Assembly: GCA_040218735.1 (NCBI GenBank)
Contig: JAVJQW010000046.1
Span: 32,001-96,000 of the forward strand
Direction of reading: 5' to 3'
Length of the DNA: 64,000 nt
DNA from: Deltaproteobacteria bacterium
GTDB taxonomy: Bacteria; Myxococcota; Kuafuiibacteriia; Kuafuiibacteriales; Kuafuiibacteriaceae
This document shows, one piece after another, positions 41,026-52,117 of this stretch. A model generated the notes under the pieces. The model did not search any database, had not been told where the DNA came from, and was given only the letters and a program-made list of their open reading frames with translations. A program made the position numbers and the translations under genes. The first letter of the stretch is position 1, and each line of letters opens with the position of its first letter.

Positions 41026-42503
41026 CCACCCTCGCGGAGACGTTCGAAGCGGCGGCGCAACGTGCGCCCGACCGCGATGCGCTGGTGTTCGCCCACGGCG
41101 CGGTCACGTACGGCGAGCTTCGCGCGCGTGTCTACGGCGCGGCGCGTGCGCTCGAAGGCAAGACCCGCGTGGCGATCGTCGCGGGCTCGACGGTGGAGGC
41201 GCTCGCGGTGTTCTGGGGCGCGCAGTGGGCGGGCGCGGAGACGGTCGACGTCCCGCTCCATGTCGGCGCCGACGCGATCGCGAAGATGCTCGAAGAAGCG
41301 CGCCCGGACGCGATCGTCACCGACGCCGCCAACCAGCACCTCGTCCCGGAGGCGCGCGCGGTGCTCGACGCCGATGACGTCGCGGCGCCCGGTGAACCCG
41401 TTTCTCGCACGCCGCGCGCTGCGACGGACGTCGCGCACATCATCTACACGTCGGGCACGACGGGCACGCCGAAGGGCGTGATGTTGTCGCACGAGAACCT
41501 CCTGTTCGACGTAGAGGCCGCGGCGGTGCGGATGCCGCTCGAAGAGGGATCGCGCCTGCTGATCGTGGTGCCGATGTTCTTCATCCACGGGCGGATGCAG
41601 CTGATCGCGCACACGCGCGTCGCGGGGACGCTTTGTTTCTCGCGCGGCTTTCGGTTCCCGCGGAAGGTCGTCGAAGAGCTCGCGCAGCATCGCGTGCACG
41701 GGATGTCGGGCGTACCGTTTCACTTCGCCACGCTCCTCACGCGGACGCGGATCGCCGAGGCGAGCCTCCCGGATCTTCGCTACGTGTTGGTCACCGGCGG
41801 CGCGCTCGACGCGCGCATGATGGGCCGGCTGCGGCGCGCGTTGTCGGGGATCGAAATCCACACGGCGTACGGTTCGACGGAAGCGTCGCCGCGCGTGTGT
41901 CACGCCTCCCCCGCGGAGCTCGCGGCGCGCCCGTCGACGGCGGGGCGCGCGCTCCCGGGCGTTACGATCGAAGTGCACGCGAGTGACGGACTGCCGGTGC
42001 CGAACGGCGGCCTCGGCCAGGTCGTCGTCAGGGGCCCCAACGTGATGGTCGGCTACGTGTCGGGCGACGAACGAACGTCCGGTCGCATCGACGAATCAGG
42101 CGCGCTCCACACCGGTGACCTCGGTCGCCTCGACGCCGACGGCTACCTGTTCCTGTCCGGCCGCCTCTCGGAGATGATCAAGACGGCGGGTGAGCGTGTC
42201 TTCCCGCGTGAGATCGAAGCGGTCCTCGAGCGGCACCCCGCCGTCCTCGAAGCCGCCGTCGTCGGGCTCCCGGACCGTGTCCTCGGCGAGCGCATCGTCG
42301 CGTTCGTCGTCCCGCGCCCCGGTCAGACCGCGGCCCCCGCGGCGCTGGCCGAGCACGCCCGCGCCTGGCTCCCGTTCGTGCGCAGCCCGCGCGAGGTCTT
42401 CGTGGTCGAGGCCCTCCCGAAGACCGCCTCGTCCAAGCTCCGCCGTAACCATCTGATTGCACTGGCGCAATCAGAAGCGTTCAGGAACGCGCAACAAGGG
42501 TAG
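41022..42503 (+). CDS. Class I adenylate-forming enzyme (acyl-CoA synthetase-like)
   Basis: IIYTSGTTGTPKG, YGSTE, LHTGDLG, SGRLSEMIK, LPKTASSK. Confidence 0.92.
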   Translation: MTTLAETFEAAAQRAPDRDALVFAHGAVTYGELRARVYGAARALEGKTRVAIVAGSTVEALAVFWGAQWAGAETVDVPLHVGADAIAKMLEEARPDAIVTDAANQHLVPEARAVLDADDVAAPGEPVSRTPRAATDVAHIIYTSGTTGTPKGVMLSHENLLFDVEAAAVRMPLEEGSRLLIVVPMFFIHGRMQLIAHTRVAGTLCFSRGFRFPRKVVEELAQHRVHGMSGVPFHFATLLTRTRIAEASLPDLRYVLVTGGALDARMMGRLRRALSGIEIHTAYGSTEASPRVCHASPAELAARPSTAGRALPGVTIEVHASDGLPVPNGGLGQVVVRGPNVMVGYVSGDERTSGRIDESGALHTGDLGRLDADGYLFLSGRLSEMIKTAGERVFPREIEAVLERHPAVLEAAVVGLPDRVLGERIVAFVVPRPGQTAAPAALAEHARAWLPFVRSPREVFVVEALPKTASSKLRRNHLIALAQSEAFRNAQQG

Positions 42504-42565
42504 GTTCGAGTGCGATAACTCCTTCAGGCGGGCAGACCAGCTGGTCTGCAGCCGGGAGGGGTCGA

Positions 42566-43051
42566 ATGCTGAAGAACCTGATGTCGATGCCGTTCGTCGT
42601 GGGCCGCGAGATGATGGACGCCGCGACCGGAGGCAATCGGGTCCACGTCGACACCACGCACCACGTGCAGGGCGACTCGGCGTCGCGCTGGGCGGACGAC
42701 TTCTCTCGGGACCCGACACGAATCTCTCCGATGGCGCACGACACGCAGCGCGTCGGCGGCACGACCTACGGTCGTCCGTTCCCCGGCGCGCCGCAGATCG
42801 GGATCGAAGTGAAGGCGCGTCACGACGAGACACTCGCCGACGGGCGTCAGCGCACGCGCCTCGACGTGCAGTACCGCGGCGGCTTCGAAGGTCCCGGATC
42901 GATCACCGTCGAAGAGGACGGTCGCGGCGGACTATCCGTGCGCGATCGTTGGGACGGTGTCCGCAATCGATCCATGATCCCCAGCCGCGCGGCGGAGATG
43001 GGACACCCGCTCGTCGCCGGGATGGGTTTTTCGCAGTTCGGGAAAAAGTAG
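42566..43051 (+). CDS. Hypothetical protein
   Basis: 161-aa ORF with GGGAGG RBS upstream, filling the gap between co-directional genes. Confidence 0.6.
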   Translation: MLKNLMSMPFVVGREMMDAATGGNRVHVDTTHHVQGDSASRWADDFSRDPTRISPMAHDTQRVGGTTYGRPFPGAPQIGIEVKARHDETLADGRQRTRLDVQYRGGFEGPGSITVEEDGRGGLSVRDRWDGVRNRSMIPSRAAEMGHPLVAGMGFSQFGKK

Positions 43052-43092
43052 TCTCACCGATCCGGGGACCGCGACGGCGCGTACCCCCGAAG

Positions 43093-44592
43093 ATGAAGCT
43101 CCTCCGCACAACGCTACTGACACTCCCTCTCTGTATCGTCGCTTGCTCGGGCGGTGACGACGACGGCGGTGACGACACCACGGTGACACCGCTCCCCGAC
43201 GCGCCGCTCGGCGGCAACCACGCGCTCGCGCAGTTCCCGACCGGGTACAACGACGCGTTCACGTACACGACGACCGTCGACAAGGAGTCCAACAACCAGG
43301 TCCGCGACATGTACGCGAACGACGTCGCCATCAACAGCGCGTCCGGCGCCGAGCTCGGCCGCGGCTCGGTCATCGTGATGGAGATCCACGGCGCCAAGGT
43401 CGACGGCGACGGCAACCCGATCCTCGACGCGCGCGGTCGGTTCATCCGCGACAGCCTGAACATCGTCGCCGTCATGGAGAAGCAGGAAGGCTTCGGCAAG
43501 TACAGCGCGGCCACGAAGAACGGCGAGTGGGAGTACGCGTTCTACAACCCGGACGGCACCAAGCTCGAGAGCGAAGCGGACTGCTACGGCTGCCACCTCG
43601 AGAACACGGGCGCCGCCACCGACTTCGTCTTCTCGATCGATGGCCTGCGGAGCCCCGCGTCCGTGACCGCCGCACCGAACGGCGGTGACCCGACGAAGGT
43701 CACGTACCCCGCCGACTACGAGAGCACGTTCACGTTCACGACCACCGTCGACAAGGCGTCCAACAACCAGGTGCGCGACGTCTACGCGAACGACACGGCG
43801 ATCGGCAGCGCCGCCTCCGAGGTCCTCGCCCGCGGCTCCGTCCTCGTCATGGAGGTCTACGGCGCGCAGCTCGACATGGACGGCAACCCGGTCCTCGACG
43901 AGAACGGCCGCTACACACGCGGTGAGCTAGCGGTCGTCGCGGTGAGCGAGAAGCTCGAAGGTAACGGCCAGTACCGCCCCGACTCGCGCAACGGCGAGTG
44001 GGAGTACGCGTTCTTCTCCCCGAGCGGCGAAGGCATCAACCCCGACGCCGACTGCTTCGGCTGCCACCTCGAGAACACTGGCACCGCGACCGACTTCATC
44101 TTCACGCGCGACGCGCTCTCGAACCCGGGCACGAAGATGCTCCCCGCGGCGCCCGTCGGCAGCAACACGGCGCTCGTGCAGTTCCCCGAGGAGACGGAGA
44201 GCTTCACGATGATCACCTCCGTCGACAAGGCGTCGAACAACCAGGTGCGCGAGATCTTCGCGAACGACGTCGCGATGACCACGGCGACGGGCGAGGCGCT
44301 CCCGCGCGGCTCGATCCTCCGCATGGACATCTACGCCGCGATCCTCGACGGCAACGGCGACCCGATGCTCGACGGCAACGGTGCGTTCATGAAGGGCGAC
44401 CTCGCGGTCATCGCGATCTCGCACAAGAAGAAGGGCTACGGGCAGTACTCGGCCAACCGCAACGGCGAGTGGGAGTACGCCTTCTTCACGCCGATGGGCG
44501 AGCCGATGGAGAGTGAAGCGGACTGCTACGGCTGCCACGCGATGAACGCGGGCGAGAGCATGGACTTCATGTTCTCCCGCGACGACCTGTAG
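43093..44592 (+). CDS. Lipoprotein with three tandem cytochrome P460/c'-beta family domains
   Basis: Lipobox IVA-C; three units DK.SNNQVR..(Y/F)AND..RGS...M(E/D)..NGEWEYAF..DC(Y/F)GCH..DF.F. Confidence 0.88.
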   Translation: MKLLRTTLLTLPLCIVACSGGDDDGGDDTTVTPLPDAPLGGNHALAQFPTGYNDAFTYTTTVDKESNNQVRDMYANDVAINSASGAELGRGSVIVMEIHGAKVDGDGNPILDARGRFIRDSLNIVAVMEKQEGFGKYSAATKNGEWEYAFYNPDGTKLESEADCYGCHLENTGAATDFVFSIDGLRSPASVTAAPNGGDPTKVTYPADYESTFTFTTTVDKASNNQVRDVYANDTAIGSAASEVLARGSVLVMEVYGAQLDMDGNPVLDENGRYTRGELAVVAVSEKLEGNGQYRPDSRNGEWEYAFFSPSGEGINPDADCFGCHLENTGTATDFIFTRDALSNPGTKMLPAAPVGSNTALVQFPEETESFTMITSVDKASNNQVREIFANDVAMTTATGEALPRGSILRMDIYAAILDGNGDPMLDGNGAFMKGDLAVIAISHKKKGYGQYSANRNGEWEYAFFTPMGEPMESEADCYGCHAMNAGESMDFMFSRDDL

Positions 44593-45379
44593 AGCCGTCC
44601 CGGTAGAGGTCGACGAGGCTCCCCATCACTTCGAGGCCGAGCAGTCGACCGTCGACACGAACCACCTCGCGGCGCTCCGGCGTGGCGTCTTCCAACCCAC
44701 GTTCGAGCGCGGCGAGGTGCACGTCGATGACGTCCCGCGCGCTCGCGTACGACGCGCTCAGATCCGACGCGAGGCGCCGGATCCCTTCGCGGGGACGGGG
44801 GCGCTGCTGCGTCACGTGGTCGAGGTACTCCTCGAGGAGCGCGAGGTACCGTCCGACGAAAGTTTCGTAGGACTCCGGATCGCGTTCCTCGAAGGAGGGG
44901 GCCCCGCTCCGCGCGGACGTCGCCGTGTCCTCCGTCCGCGATACGGCCCGGAGCCGAACCAGGGCCGCTTCGAGGTCCTCGAGGCGTTCCTCTCGCGACC
45001 GAAAGAGCGCGTACCCGATGGCGCGCCGGAGCTGGGACGAGCTCAGCTCCGACTTCGGAAGGTAGTCGTGTGCGCCGGCCGCGAGGCACTCCAGGCCGTC
45101 GTCGGTGGAGATCCTGCCCGTGAGCACGACGATCGGCTGGCGGCACGCCTGGCTCACCGCCGTCACGGTCTTCGTGCCATCGCTGTCGGGGAGCCCGAGG
45201 TCGAGGAGGATGACGTCGGCCCGCTCCGCGTGGGCGGTCGAGAGCGCCTCCGCCAAGGATCTGGCGGCGGAGATCTCGAACTGCGGTGAATGATCCTTCA
45301 GGTACCGCGTGATGAGCGCGGCGTCCGCCGGGTTGTCCTCGACGAGCAGCACGCGCGTCGTCTCGGGCGCAGTCTGCAT
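44567..45379 (-). CDS. Response regulator with RsbU N-terminal-like helical output domain
   Basis: VLLVEDN, ILLDLGLPDSDG, VVLTG, DYLPK; C-terminal YLALLEEYL..ARDVIDVHLAAL..EVMGSLVDLYR. Confidence 0.88.
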   Translation of the reverse strand: MQTAPETTRVLLVEDNPADAALITRYLKDHSPQFEISAARSLAEALSTAHAERADVILLDLGLPDSDGTKTVTAVSQACRQPIVVLTGRISTDDGLECLAAGAHDYLPKSELSSSQLRRAIGYALFRSREERLEDLEAALVRLRAVSRTEDTATSARSGAPSFEERDPESYETFVGRYLALLEEYLDHVTQQRPRPREGIRRLASDLSASYASARDVIDVHLAALERGLEDATPERREVVRVDGRLLGLEVMGSLVDLYRDGSTGRRGRT

Positions 45380-45456
45380 CCTGCGACGATTACGTACCCT
45401 GTCCCGCGCCTTCGTCAAGGTTCCCCCGCTCGCGTCGTGTAAGCTCGGGGACGCAC

Positions 45457-46059
45457 ATGGACGCCATCGACGACGCCAAGGCCCTCATGAAGAAACACGC
45501 CGCGAGCGCGCTCGCGCGCAAGGAGGAGCTGGATGGTCAGCTCGAGAAGCTCGTCGCGCAACGCACCGAGCTCGACGAGAGCCGCGCCGCCGCGGAGTCG
45601 GCGGGGGCCTCGGAGCTCCTCGCCGAGATCGACGAGGTTCGCGGCACGCTCGGCGCGAAGATCGAATCGATGGAGGAGCAGATCGCGATCGCCGCGAACA
45701 CCGTCGACGACATCGTGCAGCAGATGAACGACCTGGAGGGCTCGCGGTCGACGTTGGAGCGCGACGCGCTGATGGCGAAGGTCCAGGCGCTCTCCACCAC
45801 CGACGGCTTCTCCGTGGATCCGGTGGATCGCGCGCTGTCGAACGTGCGCGATCACGCCGCGTCGCTCGATGCGCAGGCCGGTGTCGCCGACGTCGGTCTC
45901 GATCCGCAGACCCGCGCGAAGCTTCGCCAGCTCGAAGAGGACAAAAAAGAGGCGGGGCTGCGCGCGCAGCTCGAGGCGCTCAAGGCGAAGAAGCGCGAGG
46001 CGAGCGCGCCGAAGGACGACGACGACGACCCGACGAAGAAGCCGAAACGAACGATGTAG
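45457..46059 (+). CDS. Coiled-coil protein, PspA/IM30-like
   Basis: All-helical Glu/Lys/Ala-rich sequence ending AKLRQLEED..LRAQLEALKAK. Confidence 0.6.
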   Translation: MDAIDDAKALMKKHAASALARKEELDGQLEKLVAQRTELDESRAAAESAGASELLAEIDEVRGTLGAKIESMEEQIAIAANTVDDIVQQMNDLEGSRSTLERDALMAKVQALSTTDGFSVDPVDRALSNVRDHAASLDAQAGVADVGLDPQTRAKLRQLEEDKKEAGLRAQLEALKAKKREASAPKDDDDDPTKKPKRTM

Positions 46060-46061
46060 GC

Positions 46062-47384
<1,323 letters not shown>

Positions 47385-47427
47385 CGCGCGCCCCTGTAGG
47401 GGAGCGGGGCGGCGGGATCAATCGGTT

Positions 47428-49608
47428 TCAGGAGAGCTCAGTGCTGCCGCCGCGTTCGGTGACCAGCGCCTCGAAGGCCCCCTCGTCGATGATCTCGGTC
47501 CCCAGCTTCCTCGCCTTTTGCGCCTTCGACGACGTGGAGCTCGCATCCGAGAGGACGAGGTAGGTCAGCCCCTTCTTCACGCCCGCCGAAACGACGCCGC
47601 CGTTGTTCTCCACGATCGCCTGCAGCTCCTTGCGCGGCCTCGACGCCGGCCCCGAAAAGCAGAACGACAACCCCGCCAAGGGGCCCGACTCCTCGAGCGT
47701 CGTGGTCCGAACCCCCACCGCCTGCAGCCGTTCGATCTCCTCTTTGCGCGACGCGAGGCCGGTGAGGATCTTGTCCGCCTTGATCGACCCCAACCCCTCG
47801 ATCTCCGCGAGCGACTCCGGCGACGCCTCGAGGATCGCGTCGACCGACTCGAAGCCCGCCCCCAAGAGTAGCTTCGCCGTCTCCTTCGACACCGACGGGA
47901 TCCCCAGCGCCGCGATGAACGTCGGCAGCGGCAGCTCCTTCTTCTCCGCGAGCGGCGCGAGTAGCTTCTGCGCCGACAGCTCCCCGTACCCGGAGAGCCC
48001 CGCGATGTCGTCCACGGTCAGCCGGTACAGGTCGGCGGGCTCGGCGACGAGGTCTTCGTCGAGGAGGCGCACGAACGTCTTCTCCCCCCACTCGAGCAAC
48101 CCGAGGTGTTTGACCCAGGTCTTGAGCCGCCCGAGCCGGCGCGCCGGGCACATCAGGTTCTCACACACGAGGTATTCGCCCGAGACGGCCACCGGCTCGC
48201 CACACGCGGCGCACGCGGTGGGCGCCTCCTCCTCGTTCGGCCCGTGCACGACGACCTTCTCCACGTACGGGATCACGTCGTTGCGCCGCGACACGAGCAC
48301 CTGATCGCCCACGCCGATCTGCATCGAGCGCACCTTCGCGATGTTGTGCAAGCTGGCTTGCCGAACCTCGGCCCCCGCCAGGAACACCGGATCGATCTGC
48401 GCGATGGGGGTGATGCGCCCGGAGTCGCCGGTGCTCCACTGAATCCCGCGCAGCGTCGTCACCTGCATCTCGTTGCCGAACTTGAACGCCACCGCGGCGC
48501 GCGGTCGGTGGTTGAGCTCGCCGAGGAGGTGGAACGTACGCAGCCGATTCGCACGCACGACGAGCCCGTCGATCTCGTAGTCGAGCTTCGCGCGTTTTTC
48601 GTCTTCGTAGTGTTTCCAGATCGCGATCATCTGCGCGACGTCACCGAAGTCGACGTACGGCGTCGCGAACCCCTGCTTCACGATGAAGTCGAGTTTGTCC
48701 TTCTCGTCCTCGAGCCCCTCCACGCCCTCCACGTCGTAGAAGAGGATCGTGAGCATCGGGCACCCGGGGAGCAGCTTCGGGTCCTTCGTGCGCGCGATAC
48801 CCGCCGCCGTGTTGCGCAGGCTCTTCACCACCGTGAACTTCGGGTCGACGCGTTTCTTGTGCTCGGCGAAACGCTCCGCGTCCTTCTTCGTCAGGATGAT
48901 CTCACCGCGCACCGAGATGCGCCCTTCGTGCGGGATGTGGCTCGGCACGCCCTGCATCTTCTCGACGTTCGGCGTGATGCGCTCCCCGACGATGCCGTCG
49001 CCGCGCGTGATCGCGGCTTCGATCTCCCCGTGGTCGTAGAGCACCTCGATCGAGATGCCGTCGAGCTTCTCCGTCACGGAGAGGTCGTCGGCGGTCGGCT
49101 CCAGCTCCGCGGCCTCCGCGAGCTCGTCGCAGCGCGCCGCCCAGTCCGTGAGCTCCTGCTCCGTGTTGACCTTGTTGAGCGATCCCATCGGGATCTCGTG
49201 CGCCGCCTTCACCCAGTCACGACCGCGCGGCGGCACCACCCGCGCGAGCGTCGGGTGCTCGGGCGCGGCGCGCTCCAGCGCGACGTACAGGCCGAGGTAC
49301 ATCTTCGGGTCGGCGGTCTTGCCGGCGTAGAAGCGGTTCTGCTCGCTCCGCAGCCGCGTCGCGAGCGCGTCGGCATCGCGATCCTCGACGAGCGCGGCCG
49401 CCTCCGACTCCTGCTCGGCATTCGCCGCTTCGTCGGCGGGCGCCGCGCCGACCTCACCCAGCACCTCGTGGTCGGGAGCGAGGCTGCGCAGCCGATCCTC
49501 GAGCGCGTCGAACTCCGCGTCGGTGATGTCGGGTTCGTCGTTGTAGTAGCGATCCCGATGATGGCGGATCTGCTCGGCGAGGCGTGCGATGGTCTCGGCG
49601 TCCGACAC
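47428..49608 (-). CDS. ligA: NAD-dependent DNA ligase
   Basis: RYYNDEPDITDAEFD, EKLDG, TRGDG..GE, VRGE, EIDGLVV, AVAFKF, DVIPY, Zn finger CAAC..C..C, HhH, BRCT. Start GTG 49608 or ATG 49656. Confidence 0.96.
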   Translation of the reverse strand: MSDAETIARLAEQIRHHRDRYYNDEPDITDAEFDALEDRLRSLAPDHEVLGEVGAAPADEAANAEQESEAAALVEDRDADALATRLRSEQNRFYAGKTADPKMYLGLYVALERAAPEHPTLARVVPPRGRDWVKAAHEIPMGSLNKVNTEQELTDWAARCDELAEAAELEPTADDLSVTEKLDGISIEVLYDHGEIEAAITRGDGIVGERITPNVEKMQGVPSHIPHEGRISVRGEIILTKKDAERFAEHKKRVDPKFTVVKSLRNTAAGIARTKDPKLLPGCPMLTILFYDVEGVEGLEDEKDKLDFIVKQGFATPYVDFGDVAQMIAIWKHYEDEKRAKLDYEIDGLVVRANRLRTFHLLGELNHRPRAAVAFKFGNEMQVTTLRGIQWSTGDSGRITPIAQIDPVFLAGAEVRQASLHNIAKVRSMQIGVGDQVLVSRRNDVIPYVEKVVVHGPNEEEAPTACAACGEPVAVSGEYLVCENLMCPARRLGRLKTWVKHLGLLEWGEKTFVRLLDEDLVAEPADLYRLTVDDIAGLSGYGELSAQKLLAPLAEKKELPLPTFIAALGIPSVSKETAKLLLGAGFESVDAILEASPESLAEIEGLGSIKADKILTGLASRKEEIERLQAVGVRTTTLEESGPLAGLSFCFSGPASRPRKELQAIVENNGGVVSAGVKKGLTYLVLSDASSTSSKAQKARKLGTEIIDEGAFEALVTERGGSTELS

Positions 49609-49767
49609 GGCCGAGGGACCGTAGCCAAAACCGCTTCGGGTGACACTAGGGTCCATTATCTGTAGGCCCACCGGACCTTTACAGATGACACCGTCGCTTT
49701 CGTGCGGACCGAATACGCGCGGCGGCCACATTGACGGGACCGAATGCGATCCGCACGTTCGAAGTCC

Positions 49768-50400
49768 ATGACTACACACTCGAGCTACCAACCCTCCTCC
49801 GCCCGCCTCTGGATCGCGTCGGCCTTCGCGGCCTCGGTCTTGGTCGGCGGCCTCGCCCTGTCGCAGCACGAAGCCGATGCGCACGGTCGGGGCCGGCCGG
49901 TCCACCGGTTCGACGTAGCCTCCGACGGCGCGACATTCCGGGTCGACGGCCCCCTCGACGCGAACGGTCTACCGCAGTCGGGGGCCCACTTCGTCATCGA
50001 AGGCCTCATCTACCCCGCCGGCTTCTTCGATACCTTCGGAGCCAACTCGGGCTTCAACGCGGATGGCACGCCGCAGTTCCCGAACCAGGTCGTCGGCCGC
50101 TGGACCTGCCGTGGTTGGTTCATCCAGGACGGCTTTCCGGGGGGGACCGGAAACTTCGTCGCGACGACGCAGCTGTACGACTTCGATCTGAGCGACAGCG
50201 GAAGCCAGATGCTGGTGAGCGACGGGTTCGAGCGCATCGACTTCAACGTGCCGTACTCTCGCCCGATCACCGGCGGCACCGGCCGATACGGGCGTGAGCG
50301 GGGTGAGGTCCTGGAGACCGCTCGCGGCTTCAACGCGACCGGCTTCTTCAACCTGAGCTTCGACTTCGGTCGTCGCCCCGGTCCGCTGCCCGCGCCGTAG
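49768..50400 (+). CDS. Exported hypothetical protein (possible allene-oxide-cyclase/dirigent-like barrel)
   Basis: Signal-like N-terminus; FVIEGLIYPAG, GRWTCRGWF, TTQLYDF, RPITGGTGRY. Fold is inferred. Confidence 0.65.
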   Translation: MTTHSSYQPSSARLWIASAFAASVLVGGLALSQHEADAHGRGRPVHRFDVASDGATFRVDGPLDANGLPQSGAHFVIEGLIYPAGFFDTFGANSGFNADGTPQFPNQVVGRWTCRGWFIQDGFPGGTGNFVATTQLYDFDLSDSGSQMLVSDGFERIDFNVPYSRPITGGTGRYGRERGEVLETARGFNATGFFNLSFDFGRRPGPLPAP

Positions 50401-50409
50401 CGTGTGTCC

Positions 50410-52038
50410 TCAGAAGATTGAATCCCAGAAGTCACATCGCGCCGTGCGGATGCCGTCGCGTGTCTCGATGGGATCACCCAGCACCAGCGTCCGGTCCGCC
50501 GCGGCGTCGTAGGCGGGCCAGGTCGGGGCACCGTCCCCGTTGGGATCGTCGCCGGCCGCGAACCGGGACCAGTACCCACCGATCGTGTCGGCCAGGGCCT
50601 CCTCCTGTGCGGTGGGGCGGTAGCCACCGATGAAGAGGTTGTCGAACACGAAGAACAGCTCCAGCCCGTGGTACGCGCCGCGGTCGCGCAGGCGCGGCGC
50701 GTTCTCGAGGTGCTGCGTGAAGAAGTACCGGTAGACCGGCTCGGTTTGCCCGGCCGCGAACGCGCGTGCGTCGCGGCGCGCGCCGCACACGAACTTGGAG
50801 TCGGTGGTGACCGCGATGTACGCGTCCTGCGGCGTCGGGAAGTCCGCGGCCGGATACTGCGCGAGCACGCGGTCGCCGAGGATCATGCCGAACTGCGCGC
50901 GCACGAGCTGCGTGTACGCCGCCTCCGTTGCGAGCTCCGGCACCGACGTCGACGTTTCGTCGGAGTTCGCGCCGACGATCGCCGCCACGTGGTTGTGACG
51001 CCCCGCCGCGATCTCCTCGTCGGGCTGCCCCAGCAGCACGACACCGTCGACGTAGGGTTGCAGCTGCGACGAACGCCCCGCGACCTCGATGACCGGCGGG
51101 CGCGTGAGGAGCAGGTCCTCCGCCGTCTTCGTCATCAGGCAGTCGTAGACGTCCGCGACGTCGCAGCCGACGTCCGCGATCTGCGCGTCGGACTCCATCC
51201 GCACCGCCGACTCCGGCGGAACGATGCACCCGCCGCTCTCCATGATGAGCCCGTCGAAGAGCCCGGCGGCGAGCGGCGACGCAGCGAGCACACACACGTT
51301 CCGCGCGCCGGCCGACTCGCCGAAGATCGTCACCCGCGAAGGATCGCCGCCGAACGCCGCGACGTTCTCCCGCACCCACGTGAGCGCGGCGATCTGATCC
51401 AGCGTCCCGAGGTTGCCGTCCCCGGGGAGGCTGTCGTGCAGCAGCCAGGCGAGGGCGCCGAGGCGGTACTGGATCGTCACCACCACCACGCCGCGGTCGC
51501 GGGCGAGGTGCACGCCGTCGTAGACGAGGGTGTTGCCGGCGGTCTGGCCTGCGCTGCCTTGGGCGTTGCCGCCGCCGTGGATGAACACGAGCACCGGCGC
51601 CGCGCCCGCGCGATCCGGGGTCCACACGTTGAGGAAGAGGCAGTCCTCGTCGCCGACGACGGAGCCGTTCGCGAGCTGCGGGCAGGCCGGGGCGAAGGTG
51701 TCGGCGACGACGACGTCGGGCGTGCAGGTCGGCGCGGCGGGTGCGGCCCAGCGGAGCTCATCGACCGGGGGGGCCGCGAACCGGATCCCCGCGTAGCGGG
51801 TGACGTCGCCGAGCGCTTCGCCGAGGTACGCGCCGTAAGTAGTATGGACCGCCGCCGGGTCCGTCACGCCGGCGGTACAGGTCGCGCCCGCGTCCGGCGT
51901 CCCGCCGTCGCGGAACCCGGCGTCACGCGGTGCTTCGCTGCCGCCGTCGTGTGTCCCGGCGTCGGTATCCAGGTCCGTGGTCTCGGTCCCCGAGCACCCC
52001 ACGAACAGGAGCATCAGAACGCACATTCGGCACTTCAC
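50410..52038 (-). CDS. Type B carboxylesterase lipoprotein
   Basis: Lipobox FVG-C; GIRFAAPP, EDCLFLNVW, IHGGG, FGESAG, HGLE. Confidence 0.93.
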   Translation of the reverse strand: MKCRMCVLMLLFVGCSGTETTDLDTDAGTHDGGSEAPRDAGFRDGGTPDAGATCTAGVTDPAAVHTTYGAYLGEALGDVTRYAGIRFAAPPVDELRWAAPAAPTCTPDVVVADTFAPACPQLANGSVVGDEDCLFLNVWTPDRAGAAPVLVFIHGGGNAQGSAGQTAGNTLVYDGVHLARDRGVVVVTIQYRLGALAWLLHDSLPGDGNLGTLDQIAALTWVRENVAAFGGDPSRVTIFGESAGARNVCVLAASPLAAGLFDGLIMESGGCIVPPESAVRMESDAQIADVGCDVADVYDCLMTKTAEDLLLTRPPVIEVAGRSSQLQPYVDGVVLLGQPDEEIAAGRHNHVAAIVGANSDETSTSVPELATEAAYTQLVRAQFGMILGDRVLAQYPAADFPTPQDAYIAVTTDSKFVCGARRDARAFAAGQTEPVYRYFFTQHLENAPRLRDRGAYHGLELFFVFDNLFIGGYRPTAQEEALADTIGGYWSRFAAGDDPNGDGAPTWPAYDAAADRTLVLGDPIETRDGIRTARCDFWDSIF

Positions 52039-52117
52039 ACCCTCTTAGACCGAGGTTCGTCGCGAAAACGGCAACTGTTTGACCGCCGTCTAACGTGCGG
52101 CCACAGTCCCGACCGCG

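Noticed and set aside
41022-42503. Secondary-metabolite cluster around the adenylating enzyme
   Set aside because: No carrier protein, condensation, ketosynthase or tailoring genes nearby.
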